Assembly: GCA_963934255.1 (NCBI GenBank)
Contig: CAWVXU010000048.1
Location: 1 to 20,048, forward strand
Source of the DNA: an uncultured Fibrobacterales bacterium
GTDB lineage: Bacteria > Fibrobacterota > Fibrobacteria > Fibrobacterales > CAWVXU01
Direction of reading: 5' to 3'
DNA: 20,048 nt
Each line of letters begins with the position of its first letter. The stretch's first letter is position 1. The notes below the pieces were generated by a model. The model had not been told where the DNA came from, ran no database searches, and saw only the letters and a list, made by a program, of their open reading frames with translations. Both the position numbers and the translations under genes were made by a program. Positions 8,047 through 17,192 of this stretch are shown in pieces.

Positions 8047-9315
8047 ATGTCTACTTATGAAATCAAAATCGGTCTATTTGAAGGTCCTCTTGACCTTCTC
8101 CTTTATCTTGTCCAAAAGCAAGAATTAGATGCCCGTGAGATTTCCATTACTGATATTTGTGATCAATTTTTAAAATACCTAGATGACATGGAATCAATGA
8201 ACCTTTCTATTGCGGGTGATTTTCTTTATATGGCGAGTCGACTCATGTCGATGAAAGCTCGCGATATGCTTCCACGTGAAGATCAAGGTGAAGAAGAACT
8301 ATTTGAATTTGATGAAGAGCGTGAAGCTTTAATTCGTCAGATGCTTGAGTATCAAAGATTTAAAGAAGTTACTCGTGAAATGCGAGATCTTGAAGAATTG
8401 AATTATGGTTCATTTTCTCGTGGACGTGGTGAGACTGCCCGTAAAGAAGAACAAAAAGAACCGGGCATTGTTGATGCTGGTGTGTGGCAACTTTACCAGG
8501 CTTTTAAAGAGTCAACCAAAAGTCGTGTTCGTGAGAACGTTCACCACATTGAAGTAGACAATATTACCATTGAAGATTGTCAGCAATTTATCGACAATTT
8601 CCTGCGTCAACGAGGGCGAGCTGAATTTGAAGAGCTCGTTCGGGATTCTGACTCTAAACTGGCCTTTTCCGTGACCTTTATGGCGATGCTTGAAATGGTC
8701 AAGACCGATGATATTGTCATACGTCAAGCCAATCCTAAGAGCTCGCTTTGGGTTTATAAACGCAAAGACAATCTAGACTTTATTGATGAGATGGGCAAAG
8801 ATCATACTGAATTTACTCGAGATAATGATTTTAAAAAGGGCCTTGCTGATCAAATGAAACAGCGTAATGCTGAAGTTCGTAAAGATGATTTAGATCTAGA
8901 TGAGATGCTAGCGATTGTGATGCAGCGTGTAAAAGAAGGTCAGAAAATTGGGGACAAAGAACTCAACTATTTGATTCAAGGTAACCAAGGTTATATGATT
9001 AAATGGGAAGATTTTTATCTTCAAGTCCAAGCCGAAGTCATCCTGATTAAAGAAGTCCATGAACGCCAATTGAGAGAAACCTTAGAGTCCAAAATGGTGC
9101 TTGGTAAAGTGGTGGCTCGCCATCCAAATACCTCTGAACTTCATTGGCTTCAATCTGATATTCACAATAATCCGGTATATTTGAATATGATTATAAAGCC
9201 GGGTGCGCCTTTTAAAGAGCCGGTTCGTGATCATTTACATGAACGCCAATTGAAGCGTCGTCCTCAGCGTGTGGGTAAACCATTGGGTTCTGGGCGCAGA
9301 AATAATTTCTTGTGA
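8047..9315 (+). CDS. scpA: Segregation and condensation protein A (kleisin) with long C-terminal extension
   Basis: FEGPLDLLLYLV..I..ICDQFL, GDFLYMASRLMSMKAR.MLP, LIRQMLEYQRFKE, and C-terminal winged helix TFMAMLEMVK..I.IRQ ending near aa 240; protein is 422 aa. Confidence 0.9.
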   Translation: MSTYEIKIGLFEGPLDLLLYLVQKQELDAREISITDICDQFLKYLDDMESMNLSIAGDFLYMASRLMSMKARDMLPREDQGEEELFEFDEEREALIRQMLEYQRFKEVTREMRDLEELNYGSFSRGRGETARKEEQKEPGIVDAGVWQLYQAFKESTKSRVRENVHHIEVDNITIEDCQQFIDNFLRQRGRAEFEELVRDSDSKLAFSVTFMAMLEMVKTDDIVIRQANPKSSLWVYKRKDNLDFIDEMGKDHTEFTRDNDFKKGLADQMKQRNAEVRKDDLDLDEMLAIVMQRVKEGQKIGDKELNYLIQGNQGYMIKWEDFYLQVQAEVILIKEVHERQLRETLESKMVLGKVVARHPNTSELHWLQSDIHNNPVYLNMIIKPGAPFKEPVRDHLHERQLKRRPQRVGKPLGSGRRNNFL

Positions 9316-9328
9316 ACATTATACTGAT

Positions 9329-9353
9329 AAGGCAACTCTAGCGAGTTGCCTTT
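9329..9353. terminator. Probable bidirectional terminator between convergent scpA and folE
   Basis: 10-bp stem AAGGCAACTC-TAGC-GAGTTGCCTT with A/T-rich flanks. Confidence 0.75.
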
Positions 9354-9381
9354 AAATTAGCATGTGCAAAGTCATTCCTTA

Positions 9382-9933
9382 TTACCTACAAAGCATTAAG
9401 AATTCTGAACGAGTTTTAGCGTCGTTCTTAAATGAACCCATCAGTTTCGAGGTGACCATTGACGCACCGGGCTTCTTGACACCTCTCATAGTCATACAAC
9501 TGTGCTCAGATTCAATAATGACGCCAACACCTTGAGCGTCAAGATGTGAAGAGATAAACTCAGCGATTTGGTTGGTGAGGCGTTCTTGAACTTGTGGTTG
9601 TTTGGCGAAGTGATCCACGATACGTGGAATCTTTGATAGTCCAACCACACTGTTTTTGGGGAGGTAAGCCACATGTGCTGTCCCAATAAACGGTAAAAAG
9701 TGATGTTCACAGAAACTGACGAAACGAATGTTTTTTACCAAAATCATTTCATCAGTAGATTCATCAAATTGAGTCAGTGCGATTGAGCTGGGGTCTTCTT
9801 CAATGCCAGAAAGCATCTCAGAATAAGCCTTTGCAACTCTTCGAGGTGTATCTCTTAAACCTTCGCGGTTCACATCTTCGCCCAACCCCTCAAGCATCAC
9901 TTTGAAGCCGTCTTCTATTTTTTTCAAATCCAT
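9382..9933 (-). CDS. folE: GTP cyclohydrolase I
   Basis: REGLRDTPRRVAK, SFCEHHFLPF.G.AHVAYLP, VGLSKIPR, PQVQERLT.QIA, HSCMTMRGV; AAGGA RBS. Confidence 0.98.
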   Translation of the reverse strand: MDLKKIEDGFKVMLEGLGEDVNREGLRDTPRRVAKAYSEMLSGIEEDPSSIALTQFDESTDEMILVKNIRFVSFCEHHFLPFIGTAHVAYLPKNSVVGLSKIPRIVDHFAKQPQVQERLTNQIAEFISSHLDAQGVGVIIESEHSCMTMRGVKKPGASMVTSKLMGSFKNDAKTRSEFLMLCR

Positions 9934-10202
9934 ATTGATTCCTTAATCTTTACCCCAAATATACACCAACTCAGAGAATTGGAAAACACATTTGGGATTA
10001 AAATCATCATTTCGGTGGACTAAACCACATTTTTACGGGTTGAGAGGTGCGAGTACCTAGGGCAGGGGGGGGGGTAATAATAAGTTAAGTCGTCAAGGAT
10101 TTGAAAACCGAGAAACATAAGGAAAAGAAAAGTGAGAACTTTACAAAGGCCGCACTTTTAAATTTTACTCATTATTTTTTTAATTCAACTTCAAATCAAA
10201 AA

Positions 10203-11513
10203 CTAGAGACTTTTCATCAAAATTTTCGAGCCACGCTCAGGGATATATTTGGCTTGTCCGTCAGGTGGCAGGTCTTCCATCGAAACAGTCCTAAAGCCTA
10301 AGCTTAAAAACCAATCTTCTGCTTGTGTGGTCAGAAGATAAATTTTGGCAAATTTCATTTCAGAGGCTTTTTGAATCAGCGACCCCACCATTTTACGACC
10401 GACTCCAGAACTTTGAGCGCTTTTATCGACAGCTACGGCACATAATTCGACTGTATCATCGGAACGACTTTGAAGAGCCGCACAACCATGTAAGACACCA
10501 TCGACTTCGTAAACATGATAGTTTTCAATACTTTCTTGCACATCTCTTTGAGTTCTGGGCACTAGAGCTTCGCTATCAATGAAAGTGTCCATGAGAGTCA
10601 AAATTTCGGGAACGTCAGATAAGGTGGCGTTTCTAATATGTTCGTATTCATTTGTATAAACCATCGTACCACCACCGACTGATGAGAATACTTCTTGAAC
10701 GACAGCGCCTTCAATTAATGCACTAACTAGATGCACACGTTTAACGCCATTGTGACAGGCTTTGATGGAGTGAATGAGATAATCTTTTTGAGCAAATGGA
10801 ATATCATCATTTTGATCTAAAATACTTTGAGCTTGCGTAATCGATAAATTGGCAATGATACCTTGATCATTGATGTTAATATCATCATCTAGATTTAACC
10901 CTTGAGCAACAAGTCCTTGTTGTTCTCCGATATAAAAAAGTTTACTGGCTTTAAGATCAATACAAATCTGAGCCGCTACTTGATTACTTGAAATATTATA
11001 AGTCCTGCCGACATCATTCCAACCAATATTGGGAATGATAGGGATAAAGTCTTCTGCTAAGAGCTTACTGACGATATCAGACCTGATGTGCATTACTTTG
11101 CCCGTACGCGCATAGTCAACACCCTTCAAGACTCCAAGTGAGTGAGCCTTCACCCAATTGCCAACTAAGCCTTGTGCACCATTAGCGGCAAGCTGAGTAA
11201 TAAGTGTGTTACTCACTTCTGATGCTGCTAGCTTGACAAAAGGCAATGCTTCTTCACTAGTGAGTCGGATGTTGTTATGAAACGCCGTGTTTACGCCAAA
11301 GTATTTAAGATTGGATTCGATCGTATTTCTTGTACCGGGGACTAAAATGACTTTAATCCCGGTGTGGTGCATTTGCACGATGTCTTTCATCAATCTAGGG
11401 AATAATGGATGCGAGATCACTGCATCTTCAATTTTTAAGACAAAGAGGCTTCCCTTGAAACGCTCGATATACGTAAAAACTTCTCTGATTGAGTTTACTT
11501 TTTCAAAATTCAT
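10203..11513 (-). CDS. argA: Amino-acid N-acetyltransferase (N-acetylglutamate synthase, AAK + GNAT domains)
   Basis: YIERFKGSLFVLKI, GVLKGVDYARTGKV, GVKRVHLV, EVFSSVGGGTMV, then GNAT motifs LVPRT, GCAAL, ELCAVAV..Q.SGVG, LLTTQAEDWF...GF. Confidence 0.93.
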   Translation of the reverse strand: MNFEKVNSIREVFTYIERFKGSLFVLKIEDAVISHPLFPRLMKDIVQMHHTGIKVILVPGTRNTIESNLKYFGVNTAFHNNIRLTSEEALPFVKLAASEVSNTLITQLAANGAQGLVGNWVKAHSLGVLKGVDYARTGKVMHIRSDIVSKLLAEDFIPIIPNIGWNDVGRTYNISSNQVAAQICIDLKASKLFYIGEQQGLVAQGLNLDDDININDQGIIANLSITQAQSILDQNDDIPFAQKDYLIHSIKACHNGVKRVHLVSALIEGAVVQEVFSSVGGGTMVYTNEYEHIRNATLSDVPEILTLMDTFIDSEALVPRTQRDVQESIENYHVYEVDGVLHGCAALQSRSDDTVELCAVAVDKSAQSSGVGRKMVGSLIQKASEMKFAKIYLLTTQAEDWFLSLGFRTVSMEDLPPDGQAKYIPERGSKILMKSL

Positions 11514-11557
11514 CTTAGAAAATTAAGAAAAGTTTACCTTTTGTGTAGGAAGGACTA

Positions 11558-11758
11558 TTGAAGTTGCGTGAATTAACCGAAAAAAGAATAGAGATGTTTG
11601 ATCGAGATCCCGAGGAACTCGGTGCTGAGATATTGTCTGTGACTGAAAAAATGCATAAAAATGGGTGGTTTTTCATTGAATCTCAGACAGATGCCCTAGT
11701 TGAAAGCATCTATTTATTTTTTGAGAGAGAAGTTGATGTTGATGAATTTAAAAGTTAA
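11558..11758 (+). CDS. Small acidic hypothetical protein (66 aa)
   Basis: Strong AGGAAGGA RBS (11547-11554) before TTG. Protein-like pattern (helix-GW-strand-LFFER). First gene of a divergent + strand cluster. Confidence 0.65.
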   Translation: MKLRELTEKRIEMFDRDPEELGAEILSVTEKMHKNGWFFIESQTDALVESIYLFFEREVDVDEFKS

Positions 11759-11774
11759 AAAGGTCCAAATTTTG

Positions 11775-12389
11775 ATGGATAAACAAAGATTTAAGCTCAC
11801 CAGTAGGGTCAATACATGCAAGAAACTTTCGATTTTAGCCCTGGTTTTAATAATAACCGCCTGTGGTACTAAATGGAAAGTTCAGTCAGTGACCAACCAA
11901 GAGTATATCGTTGATGATATTGTCATCAAAGACAGTGAAGAGGACCAACTTTTGATCCTGGACGGTCGGTCTGAGATTATGTTAAGTCTTGATGGGGTCA
12001 AAAGAATCGTCTTTAACCACGATCACTCCAAGCAATACAAGGGTAAATCGTGGATTTTGGTACGAGTTGATTTTGAAGATGAAGAAAAAAAGTCATTTAA
12101 TGTACCTACTGATTCGAGTTTCGTTGTGGGTGATCGTGAAATCTATATGCAAAACTCCACTTGGTTTCAAGGCCAAATGGGTGAATCTAAAGGTGAATGG
12201 GCTGCATTTGATATCAAAGAAATTGTGCTAGAAGAAGAGCCTTTGCTTAGCATGGATAGTACCAAGCAGGTCTCTTCAACATTAGGTGTGCAAAAAACTG
12301 AAGCTGATGTACCGGTCAAGCCTGAAACGGACGCAACTCCTGCAACTCCTGCAACCCCGGTAGTCACGCCTCCTGAAGCAGTAGAATAG
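11775..12389 (+). CDS. Hypothetical lipoprotein with Pro/Ala/Thr-rich tail
   Basis: Likely start ATG 11775 (or TTG 11772) rather than 11700, which overlaps the upstream ORF. KKLSILALVLIITAC lipobox. C-terminal ATP tripeptide x3 (9-bp repeats, 12333-12359). Confidence 0.7.
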   Translation: MDKQRFKLTSRVNTCKKLSILALVLIITACGTKWKVQSVTNQEYIVDDIVIKDSEEDQLLILDGRSEIMLSLDGVKRIVFNHDHSKQYKGKSWILVRVDFEDEEKKSFNVPTDSSFVVGDREIYMQNSTWFQGQMGESKGEWAAFDIKEIVLEEEPLLSMDSTKQVSSTLGVQKTEADVPVKPETDATPATPATPVVTPPEAVE

Positions 12390-12392
12390 ATC

Positions 12393-13910
12393 ATGGCACG
12401 TTATAGGCTTATACTTACTGGGGTGACGGACCCAGAGAAAACGCAAAGAATTGCGTTGACTATAGCGCATATTTTTAAGATTTCCCCAGAGAAAGCACTT
12501 GAACGCTTAAACAGCCCTCCGATTACTCTTATGCGTAAAGCCGGTGAGGCCCAAGCCGATAAGCTGCTGCAGATCTTTTGGAGTCTGGGCGCCGATGTCA
12601 TTATTGAAGAAGAGCCTGAAGAATTAGCAAAGGGTTCAGATATTGAGCATGACAAAGGCTTTGTCCCTTCAAATCGAGTCACCACGCATAAAGGTAAAAT
12701 ACCTGGTAAAGCCAGTGCCGATGCCAAATTAAGTTTGAGCACTGTTTTAATCATATCCTTATTGACATTATCTGGCTTAGGTGTCGGAGCGTTTTACTTT
12801 TTTTCTAATGCGTATAAGAGTACGATTCAAGCTCAAGCTCAGAATCATATCAGACGTGGCGAATTTAAAGAAGCACATCAGGTCTTAAAATTCAAAGTGC
12901 ATCGTGGAACTGCCTCCGCCGGCGAGTATATTCAAAATGCCATTTCACTGATCATGTTGGCCAGGCTTGAACAAGACTCTATTGGTTGGAGAGACTTTGG
13001 TAGAAAGGGCTTAGACAGTGTTCCGGGATTAGGAGCTGACATGCTCAAGACTCCCACAGCCAATCGTGCTTTGATGAATATCAAATTGGGCTTAGAGAAA
13101 TTCCCGAAAGATCCTGAAATGCATCGTTGGGCTGGGTTTATCTATCAGACTAAAGGTATGTATCAAGATGCATCTGACATGTATGATAAAGCGATTAGAA
13201 TTCAACCAGATAAGGGTATCTATCGGAACTTGATGGGCACTCTCAACAGAGAACAAGGGTTGCTCGATAAGTCAGATTATCAATTTAGAAGCGCTTTAAA
13301 TATTGATTCAACAGATGTGACGGCTTTACAGAATTTAACTATACTCAATCTTTCACACAGAAAAGATACGGCTCTTGCGATGATTTATTTCCGTAAAAGC
13401 GAAGACTATAAAGACCCTGCCAGGTACACGATTCGCAGAGAAATAGCCATGGCTTCGTTCAAAAAATTCAACAAAAATACTTACAAAAAAGAGCCAAAAA
13501 CAACAACATCTTGGAACTATTATGAAGCTAAGCGAAGTGAATACAACAGACTAAAACAACAACAACCTGAGGTAAGAGTCAAGCTAGCTGATCTATACGC
13601 TCAACGTGGCATGATTAGTGAAGCCTTAATGGAACTCAATATGGCTAGAGGCGCTGGAGTTGAATCCAAAGCCTTATATTCACAATTAGCTCAGCTCTAT
13701 ATTGTTCAAGAAAAGCCTGAATCTGCGCTCTATATACTCAAAGAGGCCGAGAAAAAAGACATAGTCAATCCCGAGATTCTAAAAAATTTGAGCTTACTTC
13801 ATCGATATTATTCTGAGGATAAGTCAAAAGCTAATAAATTTTTAAAAGCATATATGGCGGCTGGCGGTGATGGCCATAGTCGAGACTTATATGAAGCTAT
13901 TGTGCCTTAA
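12393..13910 (+). CDS. Membrane-anchored TPR protein with a small N-terminal alpha/beta (L7/L12-CTD-like) domain
   Basis: N-terminal ~70 aa (YRLILTG..IFKISPEKALERL..PITL..QADKL..LGADVIIEE), one TM helix (TVLIISLLTLSGLGVGAFYFF), several TPR-like units (WAGFIYQTKGMYQDASDMYDKAIRIQP; LADLYAQRGMISEAL). Confidence 0.75.
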   Translation: MARYRLILTGVTDPEKTQRIALTIAHIFKISPEKALERLNSPPITLMRKAGEAQADKLLQIFWSLGADVIIEEEPEELAKGSDIEHDKGFVPSNRVTTHKGKIPGKASADAKLSLSTVLIISLLTLSGLGVGAFYFFSNAYKSTIQAQAQNHIRRGEFKEAHQVLKFKVHRGTASAGEYIQNAISLIMLARLEQDSIGWRDFGRKGLDSVPGLGADMLKTPTANRALMNIKLGLEKFPKDPEMHRWAGFIYQTKGMYQDASDMYDKAIRIQPDKGIYRNLMGTLNREQGLLDKSDYQFRSALNIDSTDVTALQNLTILNLSHRKDTALAMIYFRKSEDYKDPARYTIRREIAMASFKKFNKNTYKKEPKTTTSWNYYEAKRSEYNRLKQQQPEVRVKLADLYAQRGMISEALMELNMARGAGVESKALYSQLAQLYIVQEKPESALYILKEAEKKDIVNPEILKNLSLLHRYYSEDKSKANKFLKAYMAAGGDGHSRDLYEAIVP

Positions 13911-14006
13911 TATATTCTATTAAGTTGAATTCAGTGTTTTAATCAAATCTCCTAGCAACTCATTTACTGAAGATGAGCTCTACTTGATCGCGCACAAGCT
14001 TAAGTT

Positions 14007-14040
14007 GTCAATTTTTACCCATCTAAGGGAAATTTTTGCC
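14007..14040. promoter_or_regulatory. Candidate upstream activator sites for a sigma54 enhancer-binding protein
   Basis: Inverted pair GTCAATTTTTACCC-atctaa-GGGAAATTTTTGCC about 100-130 bp upstream of the predicted start of the sigma54 promoter. A similar GGCAAAGAATGCCC lies at 18512-18525. Confidence 0.45.
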
Positions 14041-14110
14041 AATTTTGGTAGCTCAATTAAAGGTTAATGCCGTTTTTAGGACTCTTCTTTAAGTTTTGGT
14101 TCATATTTTC

Positions 14111-14127
14111 TTGGCACATATCTTGCA
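14111..14127 (+). promoter_or_regulatory. Sigma54 (-24/-12) promoter of the flgJ-flgN-flgK-flgL operon
   Basis: TTGGCACATATCTTGCA matches TGGCAC-N5-TTGCW with exact GG-N10-GC spacing, 38 bp before the first start codon. Confidence 0.88.
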
Positions 14128-14165
14128 ATACAGTGAAGTAGGAAACTTTTAACTGTGAGATTATT

Positions 14166-14969
14166 GTGAGAACTTCTGGAATTCAAATGAACCCAACCTC
14201 TGAGGATGTGAAAAGCACTCCAAGGGGCTATGATGCCAAAAACTGGAAAGTGGCTCGTGAATTTGAAGCGATGTTTTTACAGCAGATTATGAAGTCTATG
14301 CGTTCTACTATTCAAAGTGGTGGACTGACTGAAGAATCAAATGGTCGAAAAATATTTACTGATATGTTAGATGGAGAGTACTCCAAACAAGCAGCCGGTG
14401 CTGGTAAAGGTTCACTTGCTGAATATTTATATAGCCAAATGGACCCAAGTGAGTCAGGTAAAGCTTTTAACGTAGCGCCAAGACCTGTTTCGATGAGCGG
14501 AGCAGTATCTGCCTATAGTAACGAGCTTAAAGGCCGTGAACTCAGCTCTAAACAATCAGATCAAATCGGGTCTTTCAACTTAGACCAAACAGTCAACGAA
14601 GTTTCAAAATCTTATGGTGTCTCAAGTGAATTGGTTCACGCGGTCATCAAAGCTGAATCCGGTGGAAACCCCAATGCGGTTTCTCCAGTCGGAGCTAAAG
14701 GCTTAATGCAATTAATGGACCCCACCGCTCAAGACATGGGTGTTCGAGACTCACTTGATCCTAAACAAAACGTTTTGGGTGGAGTGAAGTACCTCAGTAA
14801 AATGTTAAAAAGATATGACGGAAATGAAAAACTAGCTCTTGCAGCCTATAATGCAGGCCCTGGTAATGTGGATAAATACGGAGATATACCACCTTTCAAA
14901 GAGACACAGAACTATGTAGTGAAAGTATTGAAGTTCCGTGACCAAATGATGCAGGGAGGCACTAAATGA
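14166..14969 (+). CDS. flgJ: FlgJ-like rod-binding domain fused to an SLT (GH23) lytic transglycosylase
   Basis: N-terminal [20 protein letters not shown]...IFTDMLD.EYS (rod-binding motif). C-terminal [46 protein letters not shown] (SLT motifs). Start is GTG 14166 or ATG 14187. Confidence 0.85.
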   Translation: MRTSGIQMNPTSEDVKSTPRGYDAKNWKVAREFEAMFLQQIMKSMRSTIQSGGLTEESNGRKIFTDMLDGEYSKQAAGAGKGSLAEYLYSQMDPSESGKAFNVAPRPVSMSGAVSAYSNELKGRELSSKQSDQIGSFNLDQTVNEVSKSYGVSSELVHAVIKAESGGNPNAVSPVGAKGLMQLMDPTAQDMGVRDSLDPKQNVLGGVKYLSKMLKRYDGNEKLALAAYNAGPGNVDKYGDIPPFKETQNYVVKVLKFRDQMMQGGTK

Positions 14970-15481
14970 TCGATGCCAAAGTAAACGTACTATTTAAAAT
15001 AGTCGGACAACTCGTAGACCAATACAAAATTTATTTAGACCTAGCGGATCGTCAAAGAATGGCCATCGTCAATAATGAGATTGAAGATTTAAATGCTACA
15101 AACATTGAACTTGATCAATTTGGGCAATCCATTGTTGAAATTGAAGACCGACGTCATTTTATATTAGGTGAGATATCAGAGCTCTTAGGTGTGGAAGTTA
15201 CAAATATTCATGAACTAGTTCATCACTATCACGGGGACATTATTGAGTCATTAACTTCTAAAGTAGCCGAACTGAAGCTTTTGTTAAAAGAGGTTCGTCT
15301 CAAAAATTTAACGAATCATAAATTGGTTCAAAATTCACGTGAATTTATCAGATCATCCATAGGAATTATTTCTGGATATACCAAACAAAGTAAAGCCAAT
15401 CAATTCCAAACATATGGGAATAATGGCTCTATGGGTAACAAGGTTCAACAAACTCGTTTGTTGATTAACAGGAGTATTTAA
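14966..15481 (+). CDS. flgN: Flagellar export chaperone FlgN
   Basis: Helical 171-aa protein (Q..AIV.N.IE.L, IEDRR, N..N..L, TYG..G) directly upstream of flgK; ATGA overlap with the flgJ stop. Confidence 0.8.
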   Translation: MIDAKVNVLFKIVGQLVDQYKIYLDLADRQRMAIVNNEIEDLNATNIELDQFGQSIVEIEDRRHFILGEISELLGVEVTNIHELVHHYHGDIIESLTSKVAELKLLLKEVRLKNLTNHKLVQNSREFIRSSIGIISGYTKQSKANQFQTYGNNGSMGNKVQQTRLLINRSI

Positions 15482-15482
15482 C

Positions 15483-17183
15483 ATGGGACTATTTGGATCA
15501 CTTAGTGTTGGTACATCGGGTTTGAGCGCTGCTCAAATGGCGCTTGATGTTACTGGCCAAAACATTTCTAATGCTAATACTGAGGGCTATTCTCGTAAAC
15601 GAGTTTCAGTGGTTGCTGACTTTCGTAAAGATGGTGTCATGGGACAAATGGGTTCAGGTGTCAATGTTACAAGCGTTGAACGTTATCGGAATGAATTTAT
15701 CGATGTACAGATTCAAAGTCAAGTGGGTGAAAAAGGATACTACAGACAATTAGATCAAGCCTATGAGCGTATAGAAAATATTTTTAATGAACCTTCTGAT
15801 ACGGGACTTAATGAATTTTTGGATAATTTTTGGGATTCCATGCATGACTTAAGTAATAACCCTGCCGATTTATCTTCGAGAGAATTAGTCGCGGCTAATA
15901 CAAGTGCTCTAACCACTCGTTTCAAATCTGTTGCAGATGAATTAGGAGCCCTCCGTTCATCAGTGGACAATAACTTAATTGCCCATGTTGAGACAGTTAA
16001 TGCGCTCACGCAAAGAATATCTAGTTTTAATAACCAAATTGCTGCTGTAGAAATTGGTGAAAAATTTAATGCTAATGATGCTCGTGACCAACGAGATGAG
16101 GCGGTCAAAGAATTGGCAAAAGAAATCCCTATTGAGATGATTGAGGATGCTTCAGGTCGAATATCTATTACATCAAATGGTTCAATTCTTGTGGGACCAT
16201 CTGATCGAGTTGAGTTGAGTATGTATCGTGACACGATTCAACTTGATGATGGAACAGAAAGTTCGGAATTACTTATTCGTTTTGGCAATTTGAGTGTTCA
16301 ATTTAAACCAGAACGTGGCGAAATTGGTGGACTCTTTGCGGTTCGTGATGAAGTGCTTAAAGAATACGAAGACACTTTAGACCAATTTGCACATGATCTT
16401 GTGAAAGCTGTCAATGAGGTTCATTATGAGGGCTATTCTTTAAATCAAGATACTGGAATTTACTTTTTTGACCCAGCAGGGACCACAGCTGAAAAAATTA
16501 GTTTAAGTAGTCATATCAAAGATGATGTGTCTAATATAGCTGCCGCCTCTGGTGGTAAAGCATCCCTTCCTGTTATTGGTACTGTCGCGGGTGTTGTTTT
16601 AGCAGATGGAACAATTGATATTACAGATGACATTGCCGATCCGGTTAATTATAATCCTCGTTATACCAATATTTTAAACGGCACTGTTCTTGTGACTTTA
16701 CAGCCTTCTGGTGTAGAATTGACTGAAGGGCCCTCGGCTGATTATGTAGTTGATTATCACAATGGTCAGTTTAATTTCGTTAATGGAGCCCTTTTGCCTC
16801 CGGGTACAGCAGTTGATATTGATTTCAAATATAATGATGTAGGCTTTGGTGGTGTGGGTGATGGTAGTAATGCTGTGGAAATGGCTGAACTTAAAAATGC
16901 CATAATTTCATCTCCAGATAGGCTTGGTACACCCACGCAATCAATAGGTGAATTTTATTCATCATTTATTGGTGGATTGGGTATTGATAGAAATGAAGCC
17001 ATCTCTAATAGTGAGACCCGAGATTTCATTTTACAACAGCTCATGAAGAGACAAGATGAAGTATCAGGAGTTTCACTGGATGAAGAAATGGCTAACATGA
17101 TTAAGTATGAAAATAGTTACCAAGCTAGCGCTCGTTTTATTTCAAAAATTGATCAGATGCTTGAAATCTTGATGAATTTGTAG
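15483..17183 (+). CDS. flgK: Flagellar hook-associated protein 1
   Basis: GLSAAQMALDVTGQNISNANTEGYSRKRV, G.GV.V..V.R, LSNNP, NDARDQRD, C-terminal VSGVSLDEEMANMIKYENSYQASAR. Confidence 0.97.
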   Translation: MGLFGSLSVGTSGLSAAQMALDVTGQNISNANTEGYSRKRVSVVADFRKDGVMGQMGSGVNVTSVERYRNEFIDVQIQSQVGEKGYYRQLDQAYERIENIFNEPSDTGLNEFLDNFWDSMHDLSNNPADLSSRELVAANTSALTTRFKSVADELGALRSSVDNNLIAHVETVNALTQRISSFNNQIAAVEIGEKFNANDARDQRDEAVKELAKEIPIEMIEDASGRISITSNGSILVGPSDRVELSMYRDTIQLDDGTESSELLIRFGNLSVQFKPERGEIGGLFAVRDEVLKEYEDTLDQFAHDLVKAVNEVHYEGYSLNQDTGIYFFDPAGTTAEKISLSSHIKDDVSNIAAASGGKASLPVIGTVAGVVLADGTIDITDDIADPVNYNPRYTNILNGTVLVTLQPSGVELTEGPSADYVVDYHNGQFNFVNGALLPPGTAVDIDFKYNDVGFGGVGDGSNAVEMAELKNAIISSPDRLGTPTQSIGEFYSSFIGGLGIDRNEAISNSETRDFILQQLMKRQDEVSGVSLDEEMANMIKYENSYQASARFISKIDQMLEILMNL

Positions 17184-17192
17184 GAGGATATC

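Noticed and set aside
10005..10064. ZMP/ZTP (pfl) or other folate-related riboswitch near folE
   Set aside because: GTGGA..AACCAC and CCTAGGGCA resemble pfl fragments only superficially. The GACUGRCG core is missing and the strand is opposite to folE.
10101..10582. Short + strand ORFs opposite argA, and the other nested or antisense ORFs in the track
   Set aside because: They are shadows of well-conserved genes with no family motifs.
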